64,000 bases of DNA from Candidatus Omnitrophota bacterium (GTDB taxonomy: Bacteria > Omnitrophota > Gorgyraeia > Zapsychrales > Zapsychraceae): NCBI GenBank assembly GCA_035292445.1, contig DATDQB010000023.1:153533-217532 (forward strand). Direction: 5' to 3'. Shown here piece by piece: positions 50,062 through 61,620 of this stretch (the first letter of the stretch is position 1; each line of letters opens with the position of its first letter). A program made the translations under genes and the position numbers. The notes beneath the pieces were generated by a model, which worked only from the letters and a program-made list of their open reading frames with translations, was not told the DNA's origin and did no database searches.

Positions 50062-51160
50062 ATGGCCGAAGGATTACAAGAACGGATTGACACGATCATC
50101 CAGAAACTCCATGAGCTAAGGGGGTTTCTTTGACCTTCCCCGCAAAGAAGAGCGCATCAAGACCATTCAGGAGCAGATGAACCAGCCCAATTTCTGGGAA
50201 TCTTCCCAATCCAATACGTTGATGGGGGAATTGAAATTTCTTAGATCCTGCGTGGAGCCTTTTGAGGAAATGTCGCTTAAGCTCAAGGAACTTAAAGAGT
50301 TTCTCTCGATCTGCGAAGAAGACATGGAAATGGTCAGCCAAATCGATAGGGATCTTGCCAAGATCGAGAAGGACGCCGGGGATTTGGAGCTTAAGAGCTT
50401 GCTTTCGGGGCCGTATGACCGTAACGATGCCATTTTAAGCATTAATGCCGGCGCCGGGGGGACGGAAAGCTGCGATTGGGCGAGCATGCTTCTTCGGATG
50501 TATATGCGATGGGCCGAAAATCATGATTATACGGTCAAGACGCTTGATATCCTCCCCGGCGAGGAGGCGGGGGTTAAAAACGTGACCCTTTCCATCGAAG
50601 GGCCGATGGCTTACGGTTATTTAAAGTGCGAGAAGGGCGTCCATCGGCTGGTAAGGATTTCCCCTTTTGATGCCAACAAACGCCGGCACACCTCTTTTGC
50701 CTCGGTCGATGTCATCCCGCAGATCACGGAAGATATTGACATCGAGATCAAACCGGATGAGCTGCGCATTGATATTTACCGTTCTTCAGGCCCCGGCGGG
50801 CAAAGCGTCAACACAACCGACTCGGCGGTGCGCATGACCCATCTGCCGACGGGTATTGTGGCCCAGTGCCAGAACGAGCGTTCCCAGCTGCAAAACCGGC
50901 AGATGGCCATGAAAATATTGCGGGCAAGATTATACGAAAAAAAACGCAAAGAGCAGGAAGAGGTTATGTCCAAAGAGCACGGCCAAAAACAAAAGATCGA
51001 ATGGGGAAGCCAGATCCGTTCTTATGTCATGCATCCTTATTCGATGGTCAAAGACCACCGCAGCGATGTTGAAACAGGGAATGTGCAGAAAGTGATGGAT
51101 GGGTGGCTCGATCCGTTCATTGAAGCGTTTTTGAGGATGAGACCGGAAAATAAAAGTTAG
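50062..51160 (+). CDS. prfB: Peptide chain release factor 2 with programmed +1 frameshift
   Basis: 23 codons, then AGGGGG-TTT-CTT-TGA-C (50120-50134); the +1 frame joins ORF 50177; SPF and GGQ motifs. Confidence 0.97.
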
Positions 51161-51221
51161 CTATCAGTCATCAGACATCAGCTATCAGAAGCTGACGACT
51201 GACGACTGACGACTGAAAGCT
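51159..51221. repeat. Heptamer-repeat hairpin (AGCTATC-type / CTGACGA)
   Basis: agctatc agtcatc agacatc agctatc ... ctgacga x3 ctgaaag. Confidence 0.85.
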
Positions 51222-51225
51222 TAAA

Positions 51226-54204
51226 ATGTTAGATTTTTTATTACAAAAAGGCGCCATCAAGGGCGCGCAAAAATTCATCGACCGCTTGGAGCCCAAGGTG
51301 AGCGTGCATGTGCACCCTGAAATCCCTTTTTCGTCTCTCGGGCAGCTGAAGAAGATGTGCATCGTTGTTTCCCAGGTTAACGGCATGGAAGAGGCGATCA
51401 GCAAATTAAGCGATGAACAATTAAAGGCCAAAACGCAGGAATTAAAAGGCCGCTATGCCCAAGCGGTGGCCAAAGACAGGGAAGAATTTCAAGATTTGGA
51501 AAAAAGTTTTCGGGAAGCGAAAGATTTTGAGGAAAAAGAGAGTTTAAATCTTCAGATCGAGAAAAAAGAAGAGGAGTTCCGGCAACTGAAACAGGAAGTC
51601 TTAAGAGCCCTTATCCCAGAGGCCTTTGCGGTCGTGCGGGAGGTCGGCAAAAGGACGCTGAACATGCGCCATTTTGACGTGCAGCTCATCGGCGGCATGG
51701 TCCTTAATGACGGCAACATCGCTGAAATGACGACCGGTGAAGGTAAAACGCTGGTGGCGACCCTTCCGGCGTACTTGAACGCCTTAACGGGAGAAGGCGT
51801 CCATATTGTCACGGTCAACGACTATTTGGCCAAACGCGACCGTGAATGGATGGGGCCGATCTTTGAATTCTTGGGGCTAACGGTCGGCGTTATTGTGCAC
51901 GATTTGATGCCCAAAGAGCGCCAGCAGGAGTATGGATGTGACATCACTTACGGAACCAACAATGAATTCGGTTTCGATTATCTGCGCGATAACATGGTCA
52001 GTTTCAAGGAAGAAATGGTCCAGCGCCCGCATCATTACGCCATCGTCGATGAGGTGGACAGCATTTTGGTCGATGAGGCCCGCACGCCTTTGATCATTTC
52101 CGGCCCGGCCGAGGAATCGACAGATAAATATTATCGGGCGAATGAAATTGTCAAGAAATTAAAAGGGCGGCGCATTACGGACAAAGACGAGAGTGAGGCC
52201 AAGTATAAACAGGTGGACCTAATGACCGGTTACGATTATTTGGCTAACGAGAAAGATCGTTCTATTAATTTGACGGAAGAGGGAGAAATCAAGGCGGCTA
52301 AAATGTTCGGCGTTGACAATCTTCATGATATGCAAACCATGGAAGACCGCCATCATATATTGCAGGCGCTCAAAGCCAAGGAATTTTTTAAGATCGATGT
52401 CGATTATGTCGCTAAAGACGGCGAGGTCATTATTGTCGATGAATTCACGGGCCGGCTCATGCCGGGGCGAAGATGGTCGGACGGGCTTCACCAGGCGGTC
52501 GAGGCCAAAGAAGGCATCAAGATCGAACGGGAGAACCAGACGCTGGCCACCATTACGTTCCAGAATTATTTCCGCCTTTATGAAAAGCTCGCTGGCATGA
52601 CCGGGACCGCTAACACGGAAGCCAGTGAATTCAAGGAAATATATGAATTGGATGTCGTTGTTATCCCGACTAACAAGCCGATGAAGCGAAATAATTATGC
52701 CGATTCGGTCTATCGCAGTTTGCGCGAGAAATATAACGCGATCGTTGCCGAGATCGAGGAATGCCATAAGCGTGGCCAGCCGAGTTTGGTCGGTACGATA
52801 TCGATAGAGAAGTCCGAACATTTATCGCGCATGCTCGCCCAGCAAGGCATAGCGCACCAGGTTTTAAACGCCAAATACCATGAGCAGGAAGCCAATATCA
52901 TCGCCCAGGCCGGGCGGTTTAAGGCTGTTACGATCGCCACCAACATGGCCGGGCGCGGAACGGACATCGTCCTTGGCGGGAACGCGGAGTTTTTAGCCAA
53001 AAATTTGGCTGCCCAGAAAGCCTCCGAAGCTAAGGACGAATTGGAAAAAGAAAATCTGGTAAAGAAATTCCTGGAACAGTTCCGCCAGCAATGCAAAGAG
53101 GAGCAGCGCAAAGTCATCGAGCAAGGGGGATTGCATGTCATCGGCTCCGAACGCCATGAATCCCGCCGGATCGACAACCAGCTGCGCGGCCGCCAAGGCC
53201 GTCAGGGCGATCCAGGCTCATCGCGTTTTTATGTTTCGCTGGAAGATGATTTGATGCGGCTTTTTGCCTCGGACCGCATTATCGGGCTCATGGACAAACT
53301 CGGCATGGAGGAGGGCCAGGTCCTGGAGCATCCGTGGCTGACGGGTGCCATAGAAAACGCGCAGCGGCGGGTGGAGGCCCATAACTTTGAGATCCGAAAG
53401 CATTTGCTGGAATACGATAATGTCATGAACCGCCAGCGGGAAGTCATTTATGATCTCAGGCGTACCATTCTTGAATCCAGCGATATCAGGGACCAGATCC
53501 TGGGCTATATCGAGGAAACGCTGCAGAACGCGATTCCCCAATATCTCAATACGCAGCAAGGGGAAGAGGTGGTTGCCGACGCGGAAGGGCTGGACGTTTA
53601 TTTAAAATCCAATTTTGGCTATGACCTTGGCGATTTGAAGGGCCGGTTGCAGGAGACGGAGCAGGCCCAGGTTATTGAAACGGTCCTTAAAGGGGTCCTT
53701 GATTTATACGCAAAGAAAGAGCAGGCGATCGGAGCGCAGCCATTACGTTACATGGAACGCATGTTTTTGTTAAACACGATTGACACCAAATGGAAAGACC
53801 ATCTTTACGCGATGGATCAATTGAAGTCGGGGATCGGGCTGCGCTCTTTTGCCCAGCGCGATCCTTTGATCGAGTATAAAAAGGAAGGCTTTGCGATGTT
53901 TGAGATGATGTACGCCACCATCGCCCAGGAAGTGGCGGAGATCATTTTCAAGATCCATCCCGTCGGGGAGGCCCCTGCGCGCCCGCGCGGGGTGTTCAGC
54001 TCCCTGCCGCAACGGCTGGTTCATGATGAAATAACGTCATTGTCGGCTTCCGCCAGAGCTCCGGTTGCTTCCCAGCCGCAACCTGCTGCACAAGCATCTC
54101 CTCCCAAACTCACTCCGATCCAAAGCAACGAACCCAAAGTCGGCCGCAACGACCCTTGCCCGTGCGGCAGCGGGAAAAAATATAAAAAATGCTGCGGTAA
54201 ATAA
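51226..54204 (+). CDS. secA: Preprotein translocase subunit SecA
   Basis: [24 protein letters not shown]-terminal [18 protein letters not shown]. Confidence 0.98.
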   Translation: MLDFLLQKGAIKGAQKFIDRLEPKVSVHVHPEIPFSSLGQLKKMCIVVSQVNGMEEAISKLSDEQLKAKTQELKGRYAQAVAKDREEFQDLEKSFREAKDFEEKESLNLQIEKKEEEFRQLKQEVLRALIPEAFAVVREVGKRTLNMRHFDVQLIGGMVLNDGNIAEMTTGEGKTLVATLPAYLNALTGEGVHIVTVNDYLAKRDREWMGPIFEFLGLTVGVIVHDLMPKERQQEYGCDITYGTNNEFGFDYLRDNMVSFKEEMVQRPHHYAIVDEVDSILVDEARTPLIISGPAEESTDKYYRANEIVKKLKGRRITDKDESEAKYKQVDLMTGYDYLANEKDRSINLTEEGEIKAAKMFGVDNLHDMQTMEDRHHILQALKAKEFFKIDVDYVAKDGEVIIVDEFTGRLMPGRRWSDGLHQAVEAKEGIKIERENQTLATITFQNYFRLYEKLAGMTGTANTEASEFKEIYELDVVVIPTNKPMKRNNYADSVYRSLREKYNAIVAEIEECHKRGQPSLVGTISIEKSEHLSRMLAQQGIAHQVLNAKYHEQEANIIAQAGRFKAVTIATNMAGRGTDIVLGGNAEFLAKNLAAQKASEAKDELEKENLVKKFLEQFRQQCKEEQRKVIEQGGLHVIGSERHESRRIDNQLRGRQGRQGDPGSSRFYVSLEDDLMRLFASDRIIGLMDKLGMEEGQVLEHPWLTGAIENAQRRVEAHNFEIRKHLLEYDNVMNRQREVIYDLRRTILESSDIRDQILGYIEETLQNAIPQYLNTQQGEEVVADAEGLDVYLKSNFGYDLGDLKGRLQETEQAQVIETVLKGVLDLYAKKEQAIGAQPLRYMERMFLLNTIDTKWKDHLYAMDQLKSGIGLRSFAQRDPLIEYKKEGFAMFEMMYATIAQEVAEIIFKIHPVGEAPARPRGVFSSLPQRLVHDEITSLSASARAPVASQPQPAAQASPPKLTPIQSNEPKVGRNDPCPCGSGKKYKKCCGK

Positions 54205-55736
54205 TGGAATCCATCCGTTCGAACATAAAAGATGTGCTTCTGGTTATTCTTTCCTCAACGCTTTTGATCCTCGCTTTTCCTAAAACCGATTGGTGGTTGT
54301 TATCTTGGGCAGCGCTTGTCCCGTTTTTTTATGCCTTGGAACGAAAAGGGCCGCGCGGCTGTTTCATTTTAAGTTTTATCGCCGGGGTGATCTTTTTCGC
54401 CGGCACGCTGTACTGGTTTATTTATGTGACGAAATTGGGCGCTGCGTTATTGGTTTTGTACTGTTCCGTTTATTTCGGGCTTTTCGGATGCGCCTACCAT
54501 TTTGTCCGTGGGAAAGCGCTCGGGATAAAAATGATTTTTCTTCCCGGCTTTTGGGTGACGCTGGAATTTGCGCGGGCCCATTTGATGAGCGGCTTCGGCT
54601 GGGCGTCGTTGGGGCACAGCCAGTATAAAAATTTAATTTTTGTTCAATTGGCGGATGGTACGGGAGTATTCGGCATATCGTTTCTGGTTGTCTTGGTCAA
54701 CGTGGTCGTTAAAGGGTGGGTTGATCAGCTCATGAAAAAGAAAAAAGACGATCAATTGGGTAAAGTTTCGTTGATCCTTGCGGCCTTTTTGTTACTCGTC
54801 GGCGGGTATGGTACTTATCGTTTGCAGGAAAAGACAGACGGGGAAACGGTATCTATCGCCGTCGTTCAGGGCAACATCCCACAGGAGCTGAAATGGCACG
54901 AGCCGTATTGGCCGGATATTATGGAAAAATACAAAATTTTAACCCGGCAGGCGGCGCTTGATGCGCCGGATCTAATCATCTGGCCGGAGACTTCTTTTCC
55001 CGGATATGTCGGGGAGCATGATGAGCTTTTTGATCAACTAAAAGAGTTTATTGCCGAATTGGGCATCCCGCTTCTTTTGGGCAGCGTGGTCAGGGAGGAC
55101 GACCGTTATTACAATTCCGCGGTTTTGATCTCTAAGGAAGGGAAAATGGACCAGCGCTACGATAAGCTCCATTTAGTGCCTTTCGGGGAATACATTCCTT
55201 TTCGTAAATTCTTTCCGTTTTTGTCCCAGATCGTCCCGATCGCCGATTTCAGCAAAGGGACCCAATTCACATTGTTTGCCGTTCCGACAAAGCCACAGCG
55301 TCATCTGGCGGTCTTGATCTGTTTTGAAGACAGCATGGGCTATTTATCCAGGCTTTTTGTGCAGCAAGGGGCGCAGTTGCTGGTTAATATCACCAACGAC
55401 GCCTGGTTTGGCGATACGAAGGCGGCGTTCATGCATTTACAAACGGCCGTGTTCCGTTCGGTGGAAAACCGGCGCGAACTGGTCCGCTCGACCAATACGG
55501 GCGTGAGTTGCTTTATCGATGCCAAGGGGCGGATCAAGCGCTTCGTGCAGGATAAAAACGGAAAACAAACCTATGTGTTGGGTCACGCAACGGAAAAGGC
55601 AAGGCTGCATCATTCAAAGACTTTTTATAGCCATTTCGGCGACATTTTCAGTTATTTTTGTTTTGGGGCCGTTTTGGGGGTATTTTTTCTGGAGCGATTG
55701 AGCCTAAAATCAGTATCAGCCAGAAACTCAATTTAA
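54204..55736 (+). CDS. lnt: Apolipoprotein N-acyltransferase
   Basis: QGNI, WPET, KLHLVPFGEY, ICFE, TNDAWFG, NTGVS. Confidence 0.95.
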   Translation: MESIRSNIKDVLLVILSSTLLILAFPKTDWWLLSWAALVPFFYALERKGPRGCFILSFIAGVIFFAGTLYWFIYVTKLGAALLVLYCSVYFGLFGCAYHFVRGKALGIKMIFLPGFWVTLEFARAHLMSGFGWASLGHSQYKNLIFVQLADGTGVFGISFLVVLVNVVVKGWVDQLMKKKKDDQLGKVSLILAAFLLLVGGYGTYRLQEKTDGETVSIAVVQGNIPQELKWHEPYWPDIMEKYKILTRQAALDAPDLIIWPETSFPGYVGEHDELFDQLKEFIAELGIPLLLGSVVREDDRYYNSAVLISKEGKMDQRYDKLHLVPFGEYIPFRKFFPFLSQIVPIADFSKGTQFTLFAVPTKPQRHLAVLICFEDSMGYLSRLFVQQGAQLLVNITNDAWFGDTKAAFMHLQTAVFRSVENRRELVRSTNTGVSCFIDAKGRIKRFVQDKNGKQTYVLGHATEKARLHHSKTFYSHFGDIFSYFCFGAVLGVFFLERLSLKSVSARNSI

Positions 55737-55794
55737 TACTAGTAACAAAATTAAGTTTAAATATAATAGGGTATGGATAAGGGAGTTAACGAAG

Positions 55795-56190
55795 ATGAAG
55801 AGCCGTTCGATTATTTTGAATGTTATTTTATGGGTTGAAATCATCGTTTCGGCCCGTGTCTTAATGTTTACCCTGCCGGTCTTAATTACCAAATATACCA
55901 AGGGGCAGTACTATAACGTCACGGTATCGGATTGGGCGATATTGATTGTTACGATCATCGCTGCTTTCTATTTTGTGACGGGAATCGCAGCGGTCTTAAA
56001 ATATAAGGGATGGAAGTTGTTTCATTATTTGGGGTTTTTTCTGACCGCTCTGTTGACGGTCGGTTTGGTCAAAAAAGCGTTAAGCATGGAATTGGCTGTC
56101 TCTTGGGGATTTTTCCTGCCGCTTTTGATTTCCGCTTCTTTGGCCATGGTTGCCATTTCTTATGAGCGGCAAGCCAAGCCATTAATTTAG
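55795..56190 (+). CDS. Hypothetical 4-TM membrane protein
   Basis: Hydrophobic ORF with RBS; no recognised domain. Confidence 0.6.
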   Translation: MKSRSIILNVILWVEIIVSARVLMFTLPVLITKYTKGQYYNVTVSDWAILIVTIIAAFYFVTGIAAVLKYKGWKLFHYLGFFLTALLTVGLVKKALSMELAVSWGFFLPLLISASLAMVAISYERQAKPLI

Positions 56191-56223
56191 GCAGATGGGC
56201 CAATAAAATCGAGGAGGCGAACC

Positions 56224-56955
56224 ATGTTAAAGAAATTATCTGATATTAAAGTTATCGGCGTCGGCTTAGCCCTGCTTTACGGGATTTCCTTTCTTATTTA
56301 TTTGCAATATTTTCGTATCAAGTCCATGCAGCAGCATTCGGCCATACTGCTTTGTCTTTTCGGGTTACTTTTTATCGCTTCCATCGCGGTCGTGCTTTAT
56401 AGGGAATGGGGAAGGATGTTGTTGGTCGCCTTTAACATTATTTTGGGTTTGTATCTGATTAAGCCGTATTTGACGTTCAGGGATTTTATCCCTCTTTCCT
56501 ATGTCTTGATGAGCTTCATCATATTTATGTTCTTTAACCAGGATCGGATCAAGATACGGTTTCAGACGTCCCGGGTCAGCGGCGGAGATTGGAGAAGCAT
56601 TCTGGTGATTGACGACGATGAAACGCTGATCAAGACGGTCCGGCCCATCCTTATTTCGCACGGATTCTCGGTCCTGACGGCTTTGACCGGCGAAGACGGC
56701 CTGGTCGTGGCCAGGACGCAGAAGCCGGATATCATTCTATTGGATGTGATCTTGCCCGGGATCAAAGGGCGCGATGTCTGCAAGAAACTTAAAAGCGATG
56801 CGGCCACCAAGGATATCCCGGTCGTTTTCTTTACGGCCAAAGATTCCGCCGATGATGTCCAGGCGGAAAAGGAAGTAGGGGCCAACGACCACATTACAAA
56901 ACCCGTTGATCCCAGGGCGCTCATTCGTACCATCAAAAACGTTTTGAAATCTTAA
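56224..56955 (+). CDS. Response-regulator receiver domain fused to an N-terminal 4-TM domain
   Basis: 'ILVIDDD', 'PDIILLDVILP', 'FTAK', 'ITKP'. Confidence 0.85.
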   Translation: MLKKLSDIKVIGVGLALLYGISFLIYLQYFRIKSMQQHSAILLCLFGLLFIASIAVVLYREWGRMLLVAFNIILGLYLIKPYLTFRDFIPLSYVLMSFIIFMFFNQDRIKIRFQTSRVSGGDWRSILVIDDDETLIKTVRPILISHGFSVLTALTGEDGLVVARTQKPDIILLDVILPGIKGRDVCKKLKSDAATKDIPVVFFTAKDSADDVQAEKEVGANDHITKPVDPRALIRTIKNVLKS

Positions 56956-57004
56956 GTTTGATTTAATCGATCCCGCCTTAAGTAAGGGACTTCACACTTT
57001 ACCC

Positions 57005-57943
57005 ATGAGTTCTAACAAACGGTTGAAGTTGTTTCAGCGGGCATTGGCCCGTCACGGCTTGTTTGCCAGTGCCTGGCTGTTTGACCGCCTGCCTTTGTGG
57101 GCGGTTAATGGCTTGACGAAGGTGTTCTTGTTTTTGGGGTTCACCTTCACCATTCGCCAGCGCAGGATCGCCAACGAGAGCTTGCGTATCGCTTTTGGCG
57201 AGGAAAAATCCCAGCAAGAGATCGACCGGATCATTAAAACGTGCTTTTATCATTTCGGCCGCGGCATGATCGAGATACTTTATTACATGGAGCACCCGGC
57301 GCTCATTGATGAAAAGGTTTCTTTCCAAGGCCTCCAGCACGTGGAGCGGGCTTTGGAAAAGGGAAACGGGGTCATCGCGGTGACGGCGCATTTCGGCAAT
57401 TTTCCTTTGATGATGCTCGCCTTTGCCCATCGCCGGCACAAAGTCAGCTGTGTCATTCGCCCCACCCGCGATCAGGAAGTGGAAAAATTCCTGCAGCAAA
57501 AACGCAATCAAGTCGGGCTTAAAACGGTGTACGCGGTGCCTCAACGGCAAGCGGTCGTGGAGTCGCTCAAGATCCTGCGTAATAACGAAATTCTTTTTGT
57601 TCCTTTGGATCAGAATTTTGGCAGCAGCAGCGGGGTTTTTGTCGATTTTTTCGGGCAAAAGGCGGCCACGGCGACAGGTCCGGTCGTTTTTGCCATCCGT
57701 ACCAAGGCGCCGATCATTCCGATGTTTATCATTCATGAAGACGGAGACAAGCACAAAGTGATCATCGAGCCGCCGATCGATATCAAGGTGGGGGAAGATG
57801 AAAAAGAAACCATTCTTCAGACCACCTCTGAGATTACCAATTTGATCGAGCGGTATATCCGTCGCTATCCTCATGAGTGGGCGTGGATGCACCGGCGTTG
57901 GAAAAGCAAGCCTTATCCCGTGAAATATTGCCCGAATGCCTAG
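57005..57943 (+). CDS. Lipid A biosynthesis (HtrB/LpxL-like) acyltransferase
   Basis: 'TAHFGNF', 'LDQ', 'VDFFG', 'YPHEWAWMHRRWK'. Confidence 0.88.
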   Translation: MSSNKRLKLFQRALARHGLFASAWLFDRLPLWAVNGLTKVFLFLGFTFTIRQRRIANESLRIAFGEEKSQQEIDRIIKTCFYHFGRGMIEILYYMEHPALIDEKVSFQGLQHVERALEKGNGVIAVTAHFGNFPLMMLAFAHRRHKVSCVIRPTRDQEVEKFLQQKRNQVGLKTVYAVPQRQAVVESLKILRNNEILFVPLDQNFGSSSGVFVDFFGQKAATATGPVVFAIRTKAPIIPMFIIHEDGDKHKVIIEPPIDIKVGEDEKETILQTTSEITNLIERYIRRYPHEWAWMHRRWKSKPYPVKYCPNA

Positions 57944-58047
57944 TTCCTTTGCGTATTGGATGAGATTGATGCAGCTCGAAAATAAAAATACTTTTCTTGG
58001 CTTGGAAGGCGATTCAATTATAATGATAGTGGTTTAAGGACAATCTT

Positions 58048-58650
58048 ATGTTTAAAAATTTAAGAAAATATTTCATTTCGGGGCTGATCGTCTTCGCCCC
58101 TTTGACCATCACGGTCTATCTTTTCTTTGTCCTTATTAATTCCGTTGAGAGGTTTTTTTCCCAGGTATTTCACCCTCTTTTTTATAAAAGTTTGGGTTTT
58201 TATTTTTACGGCCTGAGTATTGTGGTTGGCCTTTACATCATCATTTTGATAGGTTTTTTGGTCACCAATATTCTGGGCCGAAAAATTTACGAGTTTTTTG
58301 AACGGTTGTTGTTGCGCCTGCCGTTTTTTAAGCAGGTCTACCCGGCGTTAAAAGAGATGGTTTTGTTTTTGTTTACCGAGGACCGGACAAAGCAATTCAA
58401 AGGCGTTGTCCTCGTCGAATACCCTCGAAAGGGTATTTATTCCATGGGGTTTTTGATGAATGATTCATCTCCCCATATTTGTGAAAAGGCAAAAGAGGAC
58501 CTTTGTAATGTGCTCATCCCCAGTGTTCCTAATCCTGTCACGGGCTTTGTTATTTTGATCCCTAAGAAAGATGTTATTTTTGTCGATATCACCATTGAAG
58601 AGGCGTTCAAGCTTTTTGTTTCCGGCGGCGTGGTCAACCCTTCGAAATAG
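58048..58650 (+). CDS. DUF502 family membrane protein
   Basis: 'VLVEYPRKG', 'PSVPNPVTGF', 'VSGGV'. Confidence 0.88.
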   Translation: MFKNLRKYFISGLIVFAPLTITVYLFFVLINSVERFFSQVFHPLFYKSLGFYFYGLSIVVGLYIIILIGFLVTNILGRKIYEFFERLLLRLPFFKQVYPALKEMVLFLFTEDRTKQFKGVVLVEYPRKGIYSMGFLMNDSSPHICEKAKEDLCNVLIPSVPNPVTGFVILIPKKDVIFVDITIEEAFKLFVSGGVVNPSK

Positions 58651-58661
58651 CTCTTTGAGAC

Positions 58662-59327
58662 ATGCCTAGAAAAATAAAATTGGTGGTTTTCGATTTGGAC
58701 GGCACGCTCGTTGATGCGTACAAGGCGGTTGCATCCAGTTTAAATCACGCGTTTTCCGTTTTTGGCTTCCCATCGGTTGATGATGTTACGATCCAGCGCA
58801 GTGTGGGTTGGGGGGACAAAATGCTGGTCGGTAAATTCGTGCCACCGGAAAAGATCGACCAAGTGCTATCCGTTTACCGTACACACCATACGCGCGCGCT
58901 TAGATCGGGAACCAAGTTTTTGCCCGGGACCAAGGCGGTTTTAGACGCGTTGAAAAAAGACGGTTACACCTTGGCGATTGCCAGCAACCGGCCAAGCCGT
59001 TTTACGCATATCATTCTTAAGCACCTGATCATTGAAGGGTATTTTACGGCCGTTGTTTGCGCTGATCAGGTCGAGAACCCCAAGCCGGCACCGGATATGT
59101 TGAAGGCGATTCTTAAGCGCTGCCGTTTGGGCCCCCAAGAGGCTCTTTACGTCGGAGATATGACCATTGATGCGCAAACGGGGCAAGAAGCGGGGGTGCG
59201 CACGGTCTGTGTTGTTAGTGGCTCAAGCACGCAAGAGGAGATCCAAAAGCTTAAACCTTTTAGAATTATTCATCAGATCAAGGATTTGCCGGGCATTTTA
59301 GAGGAGCTTAATGGAAAGGATTGTTAA
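58662..59327 (+). CDS. HAD family hydrolase (phosphoglycolate-phosphatase-like)
   Basis: FDLDGTL, SN, KPAP, VGD. Confidence 0.9.
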   Translation: MPRKIKLVVFDLDGTLVDAYKAVASSLNHAFSVFGFPSVDDVTIQRSVGWGDKMLVGKFVPPEKIDQVLSVYRTHHTRALRSGTKFLPGTKAVLDALKKDGYTLAIASNRPSRFTHIILKHLIIEGYFTAVVCADQVENPKPAPDMLKAILKRCRLGPQEALYVGDMTIDAQTGQEAGVRTVCVVSGSSTQEEIQKLKPFRIIHQIKDLPGILEELNGKDC

Positions 59328-59329
59328 AA

Positions 59330-59410
59330 ATGGGTAAACGAAAAAGAAGAGGGAAATTATCCTGGCGCTCCAAAAGGGCCAATCACGGCCGAAAGCCGGG
59401 TAAGGGATAA
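59330..59410 (+). CDS. Small basic peptide, 50S ribosomal protein bL37-like (missed by the ORF track)
   Basis: MGKRKRRGKLSWRSKRANHGRKPGKG; AAAGGA RBS 9 nt upstream; ANHG[KR]xP motif. Confidence 0.7.
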   Translation: MGKRKRRGKLSWRSKRANHGRKPGKG

Positions 59411-59433
59411 ATTTTTAGTTAAAGGAGTTGTTC

Positions 59434-61530
59434 ATGTTCGATTATTTTCTCCTCGTGCCGGCGGCTTCTGTTGTTGCCCTTGTTTTTTCACTATTTCTTG
59501 TTTTGGAGATATTTAAGAGTGAAGAGGGTACGCCGAGGATGAAAGAGATTGCCGAAGCCGTTCGGGAAGGGGCAGGGGCTTATCTCAACCGGCAATATAA
59601 GATATCCAGCACTTTTTTTGTCATTATTTTTGCCTTCCTTTTATTACTCGCCTTTCGCGGTTATCTCGCCATGTTCGTCCCTTTCGCTTTCTTAACGGGC
59701 GGCTTATTTTCGGCTTTAGCCGGATTCTGCGGGATGAAAATCGCCACCCATTCAAGCGCCCGGACCGCTCATGCCTGCCGCACCAGTTTAAACGGAGGGT
59801 TGCGTTTGGCGTTCTCTTCAGGGGCGGTGATGGGGTTTGTGGTTGTCGGCTTGGGGCTGCTCGATCTGAGTTTATGGTATTACAGCCTGAATTGGTATTA
59901 TTCTTATCACGAGATCCCTTGGGGCATGGATAAAATAACGATTATCTCCTCGACCATGTTGACCTTCGGCATGGGGGCGAGTTTCCAAGCGCTTTTTGCC
60001 CGTGTGGGCGGCGGGATCTTCACCAAAGCGGCGGATGTCGGGGCGGATCTGGTCGGGAAAGTGGAAGCGGGAATTCCGGAAGATGATCCCCGCAACCCGG
60101 CGGTCATCGCGGATAATGTCGGCGATAATGTCGGTGATGTGGCGGGCATGGGGGCGGATCTGTACGAATCCTATATAGGCTCGATCATCGCCACGGCCGC
60201 GTTAGGGACGGCCGCCGGCTTGGGCGTTTTGGGCGTGACCACTCCGATGATCATCGCCGCTATCGGTATTTTGTCTTCCATGGTCGGCATGGCCTTTGTT
60301 CATACCAAAGAGGAGGCCAGCCAACAGGCCCTCTTGATGGCGCTACGAAAAGGGATCTTCATCTCGGCTGTTTTGATCATCATAGCTTCTTATGCGGTTG
60401 TCTTGATCGTTTTGGGCCGGGACCATATCGGCATTGCCCATGCGATCGTCACAGGTTTGATGGCGGGGATATTCATTGGATTAAGCACGGAATATTTTAC
60501 TTCTTCCCACTATTATCCGACCAAAAAAGTGGCCAAGGCGGCAATTACAGGGCCGGCAACGATCATCATTGAAGGGATAGGCAGCGGCATGCTTTCAACA
60601 CTTCCTCCGGTGCTCATTATCGGCTTGGCGATTATGGGAAGTTTTGCCTTTTCCGGCGGGTTTTCTAATTTTAATCTGGGCCTTTACGGGGTGGGGATCG
60701 CGGCCGTCGGTATGTTAAGCACGCTGGGGCTCACATTAGCAACGGATGCCTATGGGCCGGTGGCAGATAATGCCGGCGGGAACGCCCAAATGGCCAATTT
60801 GGAACCGAAGGTGCGGGAACGCACCGATGCGTTGGATACATTGGGCAATACAACGGCGGCTACAGGCAAAGGGTTTGCGATCGGGTCCGCGGCCTTGACG
60901 GCGTTGGCCCTTATTGCCGCTTATAAAGAGCAGATCCTTATCCAAGGCGGTGCCGTTAATTTCGACCTGATGAATCCGGTCGTGTTGATCGGTATTTTTA
61001 TAGGCACCATGATGCCGTTTTTGTTCTCGGCCTTGACCATGAATGCGGTCGGCCGGGCGGCCATGCAGATCGTTATGGAGGTCCGTCGGCAGTTTAAGGA
61101 GATCAGCGGGTTGATGGAAGGCCGTGCCAAGCCCGATTATGCCCGTTGCATCGATATTGTGACGGCGGCGTCCTTAAAAGAAATGCGGTTACCCGCTGTT
61201 GCGGCGATCATTGCACCTATTGTGATCGGCCTTCTTTTGGGCGTCAATAGTGTCGGCGGCTTTTTGATCGGCTCGACGGCTTCCGGTTTTGTTTTGGCCA
61301 TCATGATGGCCAACTGCGGCGGGAGTTGGGACAACGCCAAGAAATACATCGAAGAAGGCCATTATGAAGGCAAGGGTTCATCGGCCCATAAAGCCAGCGT
61401 GGTCGGCGATACGGTGGGGGATCCTTTCAAAGACACCGCCGGCCCCAGCCTCAACATCCTCATTAAGCTCATGTCGATGGTTTCCATCGTATTTGCCGCT
61501 TTTGTGATGCGTCACGCCCTGCTCCAATAA
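59434..61530 (+). CDS. hppA: Membrane-integral K+-dependent pyrophosphatase (Na+,H+-PPase-type signature)
   Basis: [36 protein letters not shown]. Confidence 0.95.
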   Translation: MFDYFLLVPAASVVALVFSLFLVLEIFKSEEGTPRMKEIAEAVREGAGAYLNRQYKISSTFFVIIFAFLLLLAFRGYLAMFVPFAFLTGGLFSALAGFCGMKIATHSSARTAHACRTSLNGGLRLAFSSGAVMGFVVVGLGLLDLSLWYYSLNWYYSYHEIPWGMDKITIISSTMLTFGMGASFQALFARVGGGIFTKAADVGADLVGKVEAGIPEDDPRNPAVIADNVGDNVGDVAGMGADLYESYIGSIIATAALGTAAGLGVLGVTTPMIIAAIGILSSMVGMAFVHTKEEASQQALLMALRKGIFISAVLIIIASYAVVLIVLGRDHIGIAHAIVTGLMAGIFIGLSTEYFTSSHYYPTKKVAKAAITGPATIIIEGIGSGMLSTLPPVLIIGLAIMGSFAFSGGFSNFNLGLYGVGIAAVGMLSTLGLTLATDAYGPVADNAGGNAQMANLEPKVRERTDALDTLGNTTAATGKGFAIGSAALTALALIAAYKEQILIQGGAVNFDLMNPVVLIGIFIGTMMPFLFSALTMNAVGRAAMQIVMEVRRQFKEISGLMEGRAKPDYARCIDIVTAASLKEMRLPAVAAIIAPIVIGLLLGVNSVGGFLIGSTASGFVLAIMMANCGGSWDNAKKYIEEGHYEGKGSSAHKASVVGDTVGDPFKDTAGPSLNILIKLMSMVSIVFAAFVMRHALLQ

Positions 61531-61620
61531 TCGCGTTTTTTTTCAGATTTTCCTCTTTTTGTTCGACAACATTTCCTCGTGTGTTAGAATGAATTTTACC
61601 AAAATTAAAAAGGATGAAAA

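Noticed and set aside
50062-50176. prfB as a frameshifted pseudogene
   Set aside because: This is the canonical programmed +1 frameshift
51400-51610. SecA coiled-coil insertion as a mobile insert
   Set aside because: There is no palindromic DNA structure, and similar helical insertions occur at this SecA position in other phyla
56999-57892. Long antisense ORFs (e.g. 56999-57892, 37512-38207, 52219-52821)
   Set aside because: They are shadows of well-supported + strand genes and have no motifs
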